Shown piece by piece: positions 10,464 through 19,310 of a DNA stretch of 64,000 bases. Source of the stretch: an uncultured Pseudomonadota bacterium (GTDB lineage: Bacteria > Oederibacteriota > Muellerivitia > Muellerivitales > Muellerivitaceae). The DNA is taken from assembly GCA_963836235.1 (NCBI GenBank), contig CAWIIP010000002.1, positions 1,216,001 to 1,280,000 on the forward strand, in the 5' to 3' direction. Made by a program: the position numbers and the translations under genes. The first letter of the stretch is position 1. Each line of letters opens with the position of its first letter. The notes below the pieces were generated by a model. The model made no database searches, was not told where the DNA came from, and saw only the letters and a program-made list of their open reading frames with translations.

Positions 10464-11125
10464 TCATCATCCTCGGGAGTCGGGGTAGGCGTCGGCGACG
10501 GGGTGGACGTGACGGTTGCTATAGGTGTAAAAGTAGGAGTCAAACTCGGCGAGATCCACACAACATTTACCGGCAGGTTGACAATAGGATAAATATAAAT
10601 AAAGACGGGATAATCGGAATTGACGTCTTGGCAATTTTCCCCTTCGTTCCAGACATAAATGGGAATACTCACTTGGTAACAATCGGTGGTCATTTCGTCC
10701 CCGTAAGGCCTGGCTCTTTGACAAGCATTGTTCATGGGGATGACGACAATGGAGACGATTTGCCGCGTCCAATCAATCAAGGGTTTTGAGTTTTGAGATA
10801 CGACCTTATTTTGATCCAGTTGGACCGTGAGTCCGGTCCACCATTGGTCAAAGGTCGCCTGATCAGTCATAAGCCCCCCACCGGAATGAATAAAGGGGGA
10901 AGCTGATCCGATTGAACCCTGAATTAACCGGTGGGGCAGCACATGGGGAGTGCATTGGTCAACGATGCTGCGGTTAAACTGATCCACTTGGCCCGGCGGC
11001 TGAACCTGCACCTTCGTGTCACTGATATCCACGCAACCTGCCTGCCATAAGAGAGCCAGGAAAAACAATCCGTAAACCAGTATGAATTTCCACGAAAAAT
11101 AAGGGGTTGGTTTTTTTTCTTTCAT
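10460..11125 (-). CDS. Hypothetical lipoprotein with Thr/Pro tail
   Basis: Hydrophobic stretch followed by AGC; C-terminal TPSPTPTPTP. Confidence 0.65.
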   Translation of the reverse strand: MKEKKPTPYFSWKFILVYGLFFLALLWQAGCVDISDTKVQVQPPGQVDQFNRSIVDQCTPHVLPHRLIQGSIGSASPFIHSGGGLMTDQATFDQWWTGLTVQLDQNKVVSQNSKPLIDWTRQIVSIVVIPMNNACQRARPYGDEMTTDCYQVSIPIYVWNEGENCQDVNSDYPVFIYIYPIVNLPVNVVWISPSLTPTFTPIATVTSTPSPTPTPTPEDDE

Positions 11126-11172
11126 GTTTCAATTCCGTTTGAATTTTATGCCAAAAGCCTCCCCGCCCGCCC

Positions 11173-12759
11173 TCAACCAGTGAAATCCCCCGCCGGATTT
11201 TCACTCCGCACCGGGCGGCCGTCCAAGAGAAAAACTTTCCCTTCGGACAGGATCCATTCCACTTCGGTAAACTTCTGCCACCGGGCGGCCAGTTTCCTGG
11301 TCAGCTTGACCATGTCAAACAGCTCGAACCCCCTCAGGGGGAAAGAGGACGGAAAATAATTCCAAGGCGTGTCGATGAAGCCCTTGAACAGGTTTCGTTG
11401 GGGCGTCAACCTCAGGATTAAGACGTTCCCGGCAGGCAAAGAGGTCACCCGAATTTCAACATCCGTCAATTTAAACCCTTTGGCGGGAAAGGCACGGCAA
11501 AGGCCTACCGCCGAGACTTTCAGGGCCTTTTGAACGATGAAATGGCGTTTAGCGACGGGATTAAAAACCGCCCGGATGATTTGCTCGGTGGAAAGGGGTT
11601 TTAAAGCCTGAAGGCTGTTTTTCTTGGACCCAGAGGCATCCGAAGGCCTCAGCCAAAAGGGCCCCTCGCCCAAGTCGCTCAAGGCCTGCCGCACAACCTC
11701 CTCCCCCCGGTTGCGCGGAATCCCCCCGGTGATGAATCCAGGGGATGTCTGGCCGCCTAAGGGTAAAAGCTCGCTCAAACGCCCCGCCAATTTGCCGTAA
11801 CTGTCCCCATGGCCCTCCGTCAGGTTCAAAAGCCAAACCCTTGGCGGATTCAAGGTGCGCCGGTAAGCCCCCACCAAAATTTCCACTTGAGGGGCCATCC
11901 AGGCGCTGACGGCGGCTAAGAGCCCACCGCTGATCAGGTCCGGGAGATAATGAAATCCAAGAAAAAGGGTGGAGAGCCAGATGCCGATGGTCAAAGGAAT
12001 TCCCCAAAGCAGGGACCGGCGGTCATGGGCCATTTGCCAAAAAAGGAGATAAGCCGAGAGGGCCCCATGAAGGCTCGGGAAAACATCGAAACGGGAACCA
12101 AGACTGACGATCAAAAACTCGGCTCCTTTGAAGATCACTCCGCCCTGAAGCCAGGTCCATTCTTGGGGATAGGCGAAACGGGGTCCGATGGCCGGATAAA
12201 CCAAGTACCCCAGAAAACCACCGATATAAACCAGGATGAGTCCCAGCATGAACCGCTGGTAAAGGGCCCGCCGCAGGTAGCTATGAAAGATCAGGAGGCC
12301 TAAAAGCCAGGCGAACAAGCCCAAATAACAGACGGAAAAAAAGTCGGTCAAGTGGGGACTCCCCATTAGCGCCTGTTGCCAAAGCGAAGGGCCCCGTCCC
12401 ATGAGTTTTAAATCCAGTCCATGAAGGTCAGCGTCGAAAAGCTGTGGATGGAGTACCGGAACGAGAGGCTTCATGAGGCTGTAACAAAGCACCAAGCCAA
12501 GCCAGGGAGCCAGCCCCCGGAGCAGTCCCCAAAGGTCAAAAGGCGGAGGCCTTCGGATCGCCACGAAATACATCCACCCGCTCCAAAGAAGGGTGGAAAG
12601 AAGGGCCTGTTCAAAAGCGGCTTCCGCGCCGATCCTTTCGGCGAAACAAGCTCCCATCGCCAAAAAGAAGAAAACAAAAATAAGAACCGAAGTCAGCAAC
12701 TCGGAAGGGGAAAACACCCACGCGTTTTTCCGGAAGGTGTTGGGAAAAGAGAACCTCAA
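11173..12759 (-). CDS. AUR1/IPT1-like PAP2 membrane phosphotransferase fused to a degenerate PEP-synthase-like ATP-grasp domain
   Basis: YPAIGPRF, FPSLHG, GFHYLPD; C-terminus EVEWILSEGKVFLLDGRPV. Confidence 0.75.
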   Translation of the reverse strand: MRFSFPNTFRKNAWVFSPSELLTSVLIFVFFFLAMGACFAERIGAEAAFEQALLSTLLWSGWMYFVAIRRPPPFDLWGLLRGLAPWLGLVLCYSLMKPLVPVLHPQLFDADLHGLDLKLMGRGPSLWQQALMGSPHLTDFFSVCYLGLFAWLLGLLIFHSYLRRALYQRFMLGLILVYIGGFLGYLVYPAIGPRFAYPQEWTWLQGGVIFKGAEFLIVSLGSRFDVFPSLHGALSAYLLFWQMAHDRRSLLWGIPLTIGIWLSTLFLGFHYLPDLISGGLLAAVSAWMAPQVEILVGAYRRTLNPPRVWLLNLTEGHGDSYGKLAGRLSELLPLGGQTSPGFITGGIPRNRGEEVVRQALSDLGEGPFWLRPSDASGSKKNSLQALKPLSTEQIIRAVFNPVAKRHFIVQKALKVSAVGLCRAFPAKGFKLTDVEIRVTSLPAGNVLILRLTPQRNLFKGFIDTPWNYFPSSFPLRGFELFDMVKLTRKLAARWQKFTEVEWILSEGKVFLLDGRPVRSENPAGDFTG

Positions 12760-12796
12760 GAAAATTCCTTTCTTTAATCACAAAATCAAAGGCCAT

Positions 12797-12913
12797 TTGA
12801 ACCACCAAGACACGAAGGGCACTAAGTAAAGCGAAAGATAAAAATTTTTAAAAATAGCTAGAAAATCAATCTTGTTTTTTGCCTTTCTTGGTGCCCTTCG
12901 TGTCTTCGTGGTT
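12797..12913. mobile_element. MITE-like pair of GxxExxY-associated inverted repeats with no gene
   Basis: AACCACCAAGACACGAAGGGCACTAAG (12800-12826) / CTTGGTGCCCTTCGTGTCTTCGTGGTT (12887-12913) around an AT-rich spacer. Confidence 0.75.
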
Positions 12914-12930
12914 AACTGGCTTTTGTTGGT

Positions 12931-13371
12931 TTATCCGGCTTGTCCCGACTTTGGGGAAACCTGGTAGGAAAATTCCAGCAGGTTCCCGTCGGGGTCCGAA
13001 ATCACGCAAAAGTAACCTTTCATATGCCCGCCATAATTAGCTGGTTCTCTCAGGCAGTTGCCGGCTTTGGCTTTGGAGCTGATCTCTTCTACGGGCTTCA
13101 TGTCGGCCAGGCGGAATGAAAAATGCTGGAGGCTGTTGGCCGCTCCCGCCGTGGTTTTAAGCTGAGTCTCCTCGACGAATACCAGCAAGGGGGCGTAAGG
13201 ATTCTCGGAAAATCTCATCCAAACCCATCTTTTCCCATCCCCGTCCTTTTGATCCAAGACCGCGCCCATCCCCAGGTATTCGCTGTAAAAACGGATGGAT
13301 TGGTCCGCGTCCTTCACTTTAAAAAGAACATGGTGCCATTCGGCGTAATGGGATACAAACTCAAGTGTCAA
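12931..13371 (-). CDS. VOC/glyoxalase family protein
   Basis: HHVLFKV, FYSEYLG, HFSF, DPDGNLLEF. Confidence 0.88.
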   Translation of the reverse strand: MTLEFVSHYAEWHHVLFKVKDADQSIRFYSEYLGMGAVLDQKDGDGKRWVWMRFSENPYAPLLVFVEETQLKTTAGAANSLQHFSFRLADMKPVEEISSKAKAGNCLREPANYGGHMKGYFCVISDPDGNLLEFSYQVSPKSGQAG

Positions 13372-13390
13372 GGCTTCAACCTTTGGGGAC

Positions 13391-13443
13391 AGCGGTTGGC
13401 GGTAAGCTTTTGGCTAAAAGCCAAGCGCCAGCGGCTATCGGCT
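13391..13443. repeat. 7-nt-periodic imperfect inverted repeat
   Basis: A GCGGTTG GCGGTAA GCTTTTG GCT AAA AGCCAAGC GCCAGCG GCTATCG GCT. Confidence 0.6.
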
Positions 13444-13450
13444 TTATTTT

Positions 13451-14437
13451 TTAAGAAACTATCTTCCAAACCTCGTCCACGAACTTGCTGCGGGCCGCCG
13501 GTTGGTTCAAGCAAGTTTGAATCAAATGGGCTAACGGGGTTTCCACCGCCGACTCGTTTTTCTCCAAGATCATTTCCAGGGTTCTTACGCCTTCCGGCAC
13601 CACATTGCCTAATTTTTCCAGGGCCTTTTCATAGCCGATGCCTGAGGCCAGATATTCCCCCAGCTTGCGGTTGTGGGAGTCCGGTGAAAAACCCGTCGTG
13701 ATCAAGTCCCCCAGTCCCGCGAGGCCGTCCAAGGTCTTTTCCTGGGCGCCCAGGGTAACCGCAATTTCCTTCATTTCTTTGAGGGCCATAATCAGAAAGG
13801 CGGATTTTAGATTGGGGCTTCCATGATTCAACCCGTCCAAAAGGCCGAAACCCAAGGCGTAAATATTCTTGAGAACCCCCCCCAATTCCACTCCCGGCAG
13901 GTCCCCTGAGGTTTCCACCCGAAAATAAGGATTGGCCAGGGAACCCGCCGCCTTCTGCAGACAGGAATGGTTGGTCCCGGCGATCACAACGGCCGTGGGC
14001 CTCTTTCGGGCGAACTCATTGGCGATCGAGGGACCTGAGAGAGCGACATAATGGTCGGGCGTATGCAGGGCCGCCTCGGCGTAAACCTGGCTCATTCTTT
14101 TTTCGGTGGAAGCCTCCAAACCTTTGGAAGTTCCCAGCACCACCGCTTGGGGCATGGAAAAGGGGGAGAATTCCTTCACCACCTGCCGGAAATAAAGCGA
14201 GGGGGTGGCAATGAGGATCAGCTGGGCTTCCCGGACCACATGGTTCAAAAGATGGTCGGCGGTCACGCTGGAAGGCAGGGTGATATCGGGAAGGAACCGG
14301 GAGTTTTGGTGGTTTTTGCGGATTTCCTCCACCACCTCGGGCATATGGTCCCAACAGGTCACGGTGTGCCCATTGTCGGCGAGAAGGCAGGCCAAGGCCG
14401 TTCCCATATTCCCCGTGCCAATAACGGCGGTTTTCAT
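13451..14437 (-). CDS. gpsA: NAD(P)H-dependent glycerol-3-phosphate dehydrogenase
   Basis: GTGNMGTALA, SKGLE, LSGPS, GGVLKN, GLGDL. Confidence 0.95.
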   Translation of the reverse strand: MKTAVIGTGNMGTALACLLADNGHTVTCWDHMPEVVEEIRKNHQNSRFLPDITLPSSVTADHLLNHVVREAQLILIATPSLYFRQVVKEFSPFSMPQAVVLGTSKGLEASTEKRMSQVYAEAALHTPDHYVALSGPSIANEFARKRPTAVVIAGTNHSCLQKAAGSLANPYFRVETSGDLPGVELGGVLKNIYALGFGLLDGLNHGSPNLKSAFLIMALKEMKEIAVTLGAQEKTLDGLAGLGDLITTGFSPDSHNRKLGEYLASGIGYEKALEKLGNVVPEGVRTLEMILEKNESAVETPLAHLIQTCLNQPAARSKFVDEVWKIVS

Positions 14438-14483
14438 AAAGCCCCCTCAAGGTAAAAAGCGGGACTATTATAATTCAGCGGGG

Positions 14484-15059
14484 CTAGGAAGCCTTTTTTA
14501 TCTTTGCTTTGACCTTGCCCGGTTTCCCGGGCAGGCCCAGCGCCGCGAGTATCTCCTGGGCGATCTTCTCGGCGGATTTCCCTTGGGTTTTCACCGAGAG
14601 GTCGGCGTATTTATCGAAGAGAGGAGCTCTTTCCTGGAAAAGGGCAGGCAGGCTGTCGCCGCCGTGGCAAACCACCCCCCGGTTCGACCAATCGGGAAGG
14701 CGTTTCTTTAAGGTAGCCAGGGAAGTGTTCAGAAAAATCCGGGGCCCCAAGCTTTTTAAATGGTTCATTCCCTTGGGGTAATAGACCGCGCTTCCCCCGG
14801 GCGAGATCACACAATGCCAGTTCCGGAGGGCCTGGAGGGTTTTGTCCTCCATTTTCATGAAGCCTTTCATTCCCAGTTCGTCCAAAACCTTCTGCAGGGG
14901 CTTTTTGAACTTCCCCTCGATCAACTGATCCACGTCCACGAAATGGTACCGGAGCTTGGCCGCCAAAATCTTGCCGATGGTGCTCTTCCCGCTCCCGAAC
15001 ATGCCGATCAGGACCAAGTTTTCGGGAAATTCCTTGGGGCGGGAAACGGGGGTTTTCAT
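14484..15059 (-). CDS. aroK: Shikimate kinase
   Basis: LIGMFGSGKST, DVD, SPGGS, ERAPLF. Confidence 0.9.
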   Translation of the reverse strand: MKTPVSRPKEFPENLVLIGMFGSGKSTIGKILAAKLRYHFVDVDQLIEGKFKKPLQKVLDELGMKGFMKMEDKTLQALRNWHCVISPGGSAVYYPKGMNHLKSLGPRIFLNTSLATLKKRLPDWSNRGVVCHGGDSLPALFQERAPLFDKYADLSVKTQGKSAEKIAQEILAALGLPGKPGKVKAKIKKAS

Positions 15060-15294
15060 GGCGAACCTTTCAAGGATGCTGAAGTGCCAGCATTATAACC
15101 TCGAAATTTTTCTTGAAAAGCTTCGGAACCAATGGGACCGGACCGAAAAAGTCTGTTTTACAGTAGGTTGTCCACGACGGGGACCCATTCGACGAGCTCA
15201 TGGCAGGCCTTCGCGGCCCCCTGACGAACCATGGTTCTGCCGCCTGATTTTCCAAAACTCCCACATTAGCGCCGAAAAGGGAGTAAGCTTCCGT

Positions 15295-15594
15295 GTGAGC
15301 CAAAAAGTCAGGGTCCGCCTTAAATGGCTGGAACGAAAAAATCCCGGCAGTTATATCAACGGCATCCCGGTGCGTTTTGTCGATGAGGGCGAAAATTGGA
15401 AGTACCGGGACATGTGGGGGCTGGTGATCATGATCGAGGGACAGCCCAATTCGAACCGGGAACAAAATGGGACGGCCTGGTATTTCTCCGAAAAAGCGCC
15501 CCACGAGGATTTAAAGGCGGGCCGGAGCTTTTTCGTCCTGGAAGGGGCCCACGAAACGGCTATGGGTGTTATTAAGGAAGTGCTTTCAAAATAA
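15295..15594 (+). CDS. Hypothetical small beta-rich protein
   Basis: GTG start after AAGGGAG; protein-like composition in the 3' half of ORF 14956..15594. Confidence 0.6.
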   Translation: MSQKVRVRLKWLERKNPGSYINGIPVRFVDEGENWKYRDMWGLVIMIEGQPNSNREQNGTAWYFSEKAPHEDLKAGRSFFVLEGAHETAMGVIKEVLSK

Positions 15595-15611
15595 TTGAAT
15601 AAAGGCGGACC

Positions 15612-15815
15612 ATGTTCATCAAAGTGTTAGGCGCGGACGGCTGCCAGCATCACATCAATACGGGCCATATTTCCCAGGTGGTTGAGGCTTCGGGAATGCT
15701 GAGGGTGGAGTTTTCTTCCTCCAACGGCGACAACGGAAAATTAAAAACCGTAAGTTTCAATATCACCGACCTGGCGTCCAAAACCGCCCTGCTGGCGGCG
15801 CTTAAAAACGGCTAG
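15612..15815 (+). CDS. Small hypothetical protein
   Basis: RBS-like AGGCGGA then ATG; closely follows the previous ORF. Confidence 0.6.
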   Translation: MFIKVLGADGCQHHINTGHISQVVEASGMLRVEFSSSNGDNGKLKTVSFNITDLASKTALLAALKNG

Positions 15816-15950
15816 CCGGCCCGCAGCTCAATGGTTTTGTGACGGGTTCATAAAAAATTAAAGCCCCATCCCGCCCTCCTCCCCTATACTTACCTCACCG
15901 GTTATCCGCCCCCACCTCACCCGCGCCGGAATTTTCCCATCGAGAAGTAT

Positions 15951-16892
15951 GTGATGAAACCGAATTCCATCCGGTATTGGGTTTTCCTCATCGGCCTGGC
16001 GGCCGTGATGCCCTGGGGCTGCGGCAAAAGCAACAGTCCCTCTTCCCCCGCGTCCTCCGCCCCCGCCGTGCCTACCTACCGTTTCGGTTATTATTTCGGT
16101 CCAGGCACCATGAATGTGCCCGTCGGGCTGGCCTTCTCCGGCGACCTTCTCTGGGTATCAAACTCGGGCAATGACAGCCTCCAAACCTGGACCCTGACCC
16201 AGAGCCTCCTCGGAACAATCACCTCCTACGGCACCCCCGTTACCACGATCTACTATCCCGGGCAAGTGGCCGTAGGGCCGGACAGCTATGTCTATATGAT
16301 GGACTCGTTCAATAAGCAGGTAGCTGTTTTCTCGCCCACGGGGATTTTCGAGACGACTTTTGGAAGCGCCCAGCTGGGCGGGGACGTCGGATCCGGCGTG
16401 GCGGTGAACGGGAATTACGCCTACCTGTCGAACAACGCCAGCCCCGCCATCTACCGTTACACGATCGGCGGTTCGGGCCTCGCCAAAACCTTCACCGCCC
16501 CGGTGACCTATGGGACCACGGGCACCGGAACCCTCCAATCGGTCATCTACCTGGCCCTGGATTCGGCCGGTGACCTTTACGCGGCGGACCAGGCATCGCA
16601 ACGGGTGATGATTTACAACGCGGGCGGGGTTTACCAATCGGCGGTCACGGTTTCCGCCACCGCCGCCAACGGCCCCGTCGGGTTGGCGTTGGACTCGCAG
16701 AACAATATCTACGCCAGCATGGCAAACGAACCGGACGTGAGGATGTTCAGCTCCTCGGGCGCCCTCCTGGCCGTCATCGGCGCCGGGGACGTGACGAACC
16801 CCGATGGCTTAACCTTTGACCCCTCCGGCAACCTCTACGTGGCGGACAGCGCCCCCGGCGCCAACAAAGTGGTGGTCTTCCTGAAAAATTAA
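15951..16892 (+). CDS. NHL-repeat beta-propeller lipoprotein
   Basis: Lipobox-like WGC; repeats PVGLAF, PVGLALD, PDGLTFDPSGNLYVAD. Confidence 0.85.
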   Translation: MMKPNSIRYWVFLIGLAAVMPWGCGKSNSPSSPASSAPAVPTYRFGYYFGPGTMNVPVGLAFSGDLLWVSNSGNDSLQTWTLTQSLLGTITSYGTPVTTIYYPGQVAVGPDSYVYMMDSFNKQVAVFSPTGIFETTFGSAQLGGDVGSGVAVNGNYAYLSNNASPAIYRYTIGGSGLAKTFTAPVTYGTTGTGTLQSVIYLALDSAGDLYAADQASQRVMIYNAGGVYQSAVTVSATAANGPVGLALDSQNNIYASMANEPDVRMFSSSGALLAVIGAGDVTNPDGLTFDPSGNLYVADSAPGANKVVVFLKN

Positions 16893-16924
16893 TCCCCTGG
16901 TTTGGGTAGGTAAATAGGTTCGGC

Positions 16925-16999
16925 ACAGGGGCACTGATGCCTGTTCGGGCATCAGCACACCCATACCCTGTTTCTCGCCTTGCGGGCTCGAAACAGGGG
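16925..16999 (-). repeat. Double-hairpin structured element (REP-like or small RNA)
   Basis: Minus strand CCCTGTTTC-GA-GCC-CGCAA-GGC-GA-GAAACAGGG, then CTGATGCC-CGAACA-GGCATCAG. Confidence 0.55.
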
Positions 17000-17079
17000 T
17001 TTGGACTTTTTACGGCCCATGAACCATCCTGTTAGCGTCTAAAAGACGTAATCAAATTTTGAGGAATAGGGAGATATCA

Positions 17080-17499
17080 ATGACACATCCAATCGTGGCT
17101 TACTTAATCAGTTTGGCGGTGGGTTATTGGGTTTTGACCCTGGCCGACAAGCAAAACGGCCTGACGAAAACCCTGGGGCATGTATTCGCGTGGATCATCA
17201 TTGTGGTTTCACTGCTGGGCCCGGTGTGCGTGGCCGCGACGGCCTGGTGCCGCCATTCCCAGGGCGGGCGTTGGGGCCATTCGGACAGGTGGTCCCGGGG
17301 CGGATGGAACCGGGGCGGGGTGGGCGACTCCTGCATGATGGGCGGTGAATGCGACATGGACGGAAAAGGCAAAGGGATGAAGGATGAATGCCCGATGATG
17401 GGAAAAGGAAACATGATGAAAGGCCAGATGGGGTCCGGCGACAAGGGGATGATGGATAAGGATTCCGGAAAATCCGACGACAAGGACGACTCGAAGTAA
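17080..17499 (+). CDS. Two-TM membrane protein with Met/Gly/Cys-rich tail
   Basis: GGAG RBS; two hydrophobic helices; CMMGGECDM...CPMMGKGNMM. Confidence 0.75.
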   Translation: MTHPIVAYLISLAVGYWVLTLADKQNGLTKTLGHVFAWIIIVVSLLGPVCVAATAWCRHSQGGRWGHSDRWSRGGWNRGGVGDSCMMGGECDMDGKGKGMKDECPMMGKGNMMKGQMGSGDKGMMDKDSGKSDDKDDSK

Positions 17500-17554
17500 A
17501 ATATTTCTAAACTAAAGCCGCCCCCTTCAAGCCCCGCCGCCTGCGGGGCTTTTT
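17456..17554 (+). repeat. ~100-bp direct repeat, copy 1 (gene 3' end plus terminator)
   Basis: ATAAGGATTCCGGAAAATCCGAC...GCGGGGCTTTTT, nearly identical to 19209-19306. Confidence 0.92.
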
Positions 17555-17555
17555 T
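17529..17555 (+). terminator. Intrinsic terminator
   Basis: AAGCCCCGC-CGCCT-GCGGGGCTT followed by T tract. Confidence 0.85.
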
Positions 17556-17722
17556 GTCCTTTCCCCATCACCCCTTCTGACTTCTGAGCCTTCCGTAATG
17601 AAATGGGATGAGGGATGGCCTTTATTACGTTGCTTGGACCCATCCGTCCCATTAAACTCCTCCTCATTAAAACCGATGGTGAAAGCCGTTCGATTCGGTG
17701 AATTCGTTGGGAGAGGGAGCAA

Positions 17723-19180
17723 ATGAATATCCGAATCTTAGGCTTTTTCCCGCTTTTGGCAGGTTTCACTTTGGTGATGGCTGGCTGTCCCTCCAAAAGC
17801 ACAACCCCTACCACCCCCGCGGCTTCCACGAACACCCCTACCCCGGCCATCACCAGCACGCCCACAAACAGCGCCACCAGCACCTTGTCCGGCACACCCA
17901 CTTCCAGCCCCACCGTCACGCCAAGCACGACCATCACCCGCACGCCGACGGCTTCGCCAACCGCCACCGCTTCCGGCACGCCGACCGACAGCGCCACGCA
18001 AACCGCCACTGCGACCATAACAAATACGGCGACCGCTACCGGCACCGCGACGATCACCGGCACACCGACCAGTACATTTCCCTTCAGCCCCACCTCCACG
18101 CCGACGGGCACGGCGACAGCCACCCCGACGGTGACGGACACCACCACCGGACCCTCATGGAAGGTCGTGGGGAGCGCGGGCTTCGGCTCGCCGGCGGGTT
18201 ACACCAACATGATTTTCAACGGCGGTAATCCCTATGTGGTTTACATGGATACGGGCAACGGCAACAAGGGCATGGTAGAGGAATACCTCGGAAGCGCCTG
18301 GACGACGGTGGGCTCCGCGGATTTCACGGCGGCGAGCGCCTATGCCATCTCCCCGGTTTTTTACAACAACAACCTTTACGTGTCTTTCGCCGACAGCACG
18401 AAAAATGACCTGGCCACTGTGGAGGAATATACGGGGGGGGGGTGGGTGACGATCGGGAGCGCTGGCTTCGGCGTGACCTGTTCCTACACGTCGCTGGCCA
18501 TCGACGGCAGCGGCAATCTTTATGTGGGCCTCACGGGCATCAATTACAGTTACCTGATGGAGTACACCGGCACGGCCTGGGTGACGGTGGGCGGCGGGGC
18601 TTTCTCAACCGGGACGGGGAGTTTCGTATCCGTGGCCATCGACGCCAGCAACAACCCCTACGTGGCCTACGGGGACGGCTATTACGGCGGCGCCACAGTG
18701 GCGGAATATGTCTCCGGCGGTTGGACCTATCTCGGTGGATACGCTGGCGCCGGGGGCTCCGGGGGTGGCACCAAAGTCGCTAATTACACCTCGCTGGTCT
18801 TTAACGGCGGCAACCCCTATGTGGCTTATATGGATTTAAGCGATAACTACTTACCCAATTTGGTGGAGTGGACCGGAAGCTGGGCGGGGGTTGGAAGCGA
18901 GGGCTTCGGCACCACCACCAAGGCTTACTATACCAAGCTGGCCTTTAACCCCATCAACGGCAATCCCTACGTGTCTTTCGCGGATGAAAATGTCACCGAT
19001 GAGGCGATGGTCATGGAGTACAGCGCTTCGAGCTGGGTGACGGTGGGAAGCCCGCATTTCTCCGACGGCGCGACTTCCTATAATTCACTTGCCTTCGACG
19101 CCGCTGGAAACCCCTATGTGGCCTACGAGGATGAAAACATCGCCAACGGCAACCGGGTTACCGTCATGGAATACCATTGA
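17723..19180 (+). CDS. Lipoprotein with Thr/Pro linker and beta-propeller repeats
   Basis: MAGC lipobox; ~130-aa T/P/S/A stretch; repeats of GNPYVAY...W.TVG. Confidence 0.85.
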   Translation: MNIRILGFFPLLAGFTLVMAGCPSKSTTPTTPAASTNTPTPAITSTPTNSATSTLSGTPTSSPTVTPSTTITRTPTASPTATASGTPTDSATQTATATITNTATATGTATITGTPTSTFPFSPTSTPTGTATATPTVTDTTTGPSWKVVGSAGFGSPAGYTNMIFNGGNPYVVYMDTGNGNKGMVEEYLGSAWTTVGSADFTAASAYAISPVFYNNNLYVSFADSTKNDLATVEEYTGGGWVTIGSAGFGVTCSYTSLAIDGSGNLYVGLTGINYSYLMEYTGTAWVTVGGGAFSTGTGSFVSVAIDASNNPYVAYGDGYYGGATVAEYVSGGWTYLGGYAGAGGSGGGTKVANYTSLVFNGGNPYVAYMDLSDNYLPNLVEWTGSWAGVGSEGFGTTTKAYYTKLAFNPINGNPYVSFADENVTDEAMVMEYSASSWVTVGSPHFSDGATSYNSLAFDAAGNPYVAYEDENIANGNRVTVMEYH

Positions 19181-19208
19181 AATAATGATTCACCGCCCGG
19201 AACCCCGA

Positions 19209-19306
19209 ATAAGGATTCCGGAAAATCCGACAACAAGGACGACTCGAAGTAAAATATTTCTAAACTAAAGCCGCCCCATCAAGCCCCGCCCCCCGCGGGG
19301 CTTTTT
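19209..19306 (+). repeat. ~100-bp direct repeat, copy 2 (includes terminator 19281-19306)
   Basis: Matches 17456-17554 with about five differences. Confidence 0.92.
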
Positions 19307-19310
19307 ATTT

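Noticed and set aside
15221-15245. CTGACGA as a hammerhead ribozyme core
   Set aside because: No correctly placed GAAA or stem II/III
16893-16970. HDV-like ribozyme pseudoknot on the plus strand
   Set aside because: Stem order is suggestive, but P3/L3 and P1.1 consensus elements are missing
17527-18147. Val/Gly-rich ORFs (also 27993..28235, 29843..30391, 40396..40737)
   Set aside because: Antisense shadows of Thr/Pro codon tracts
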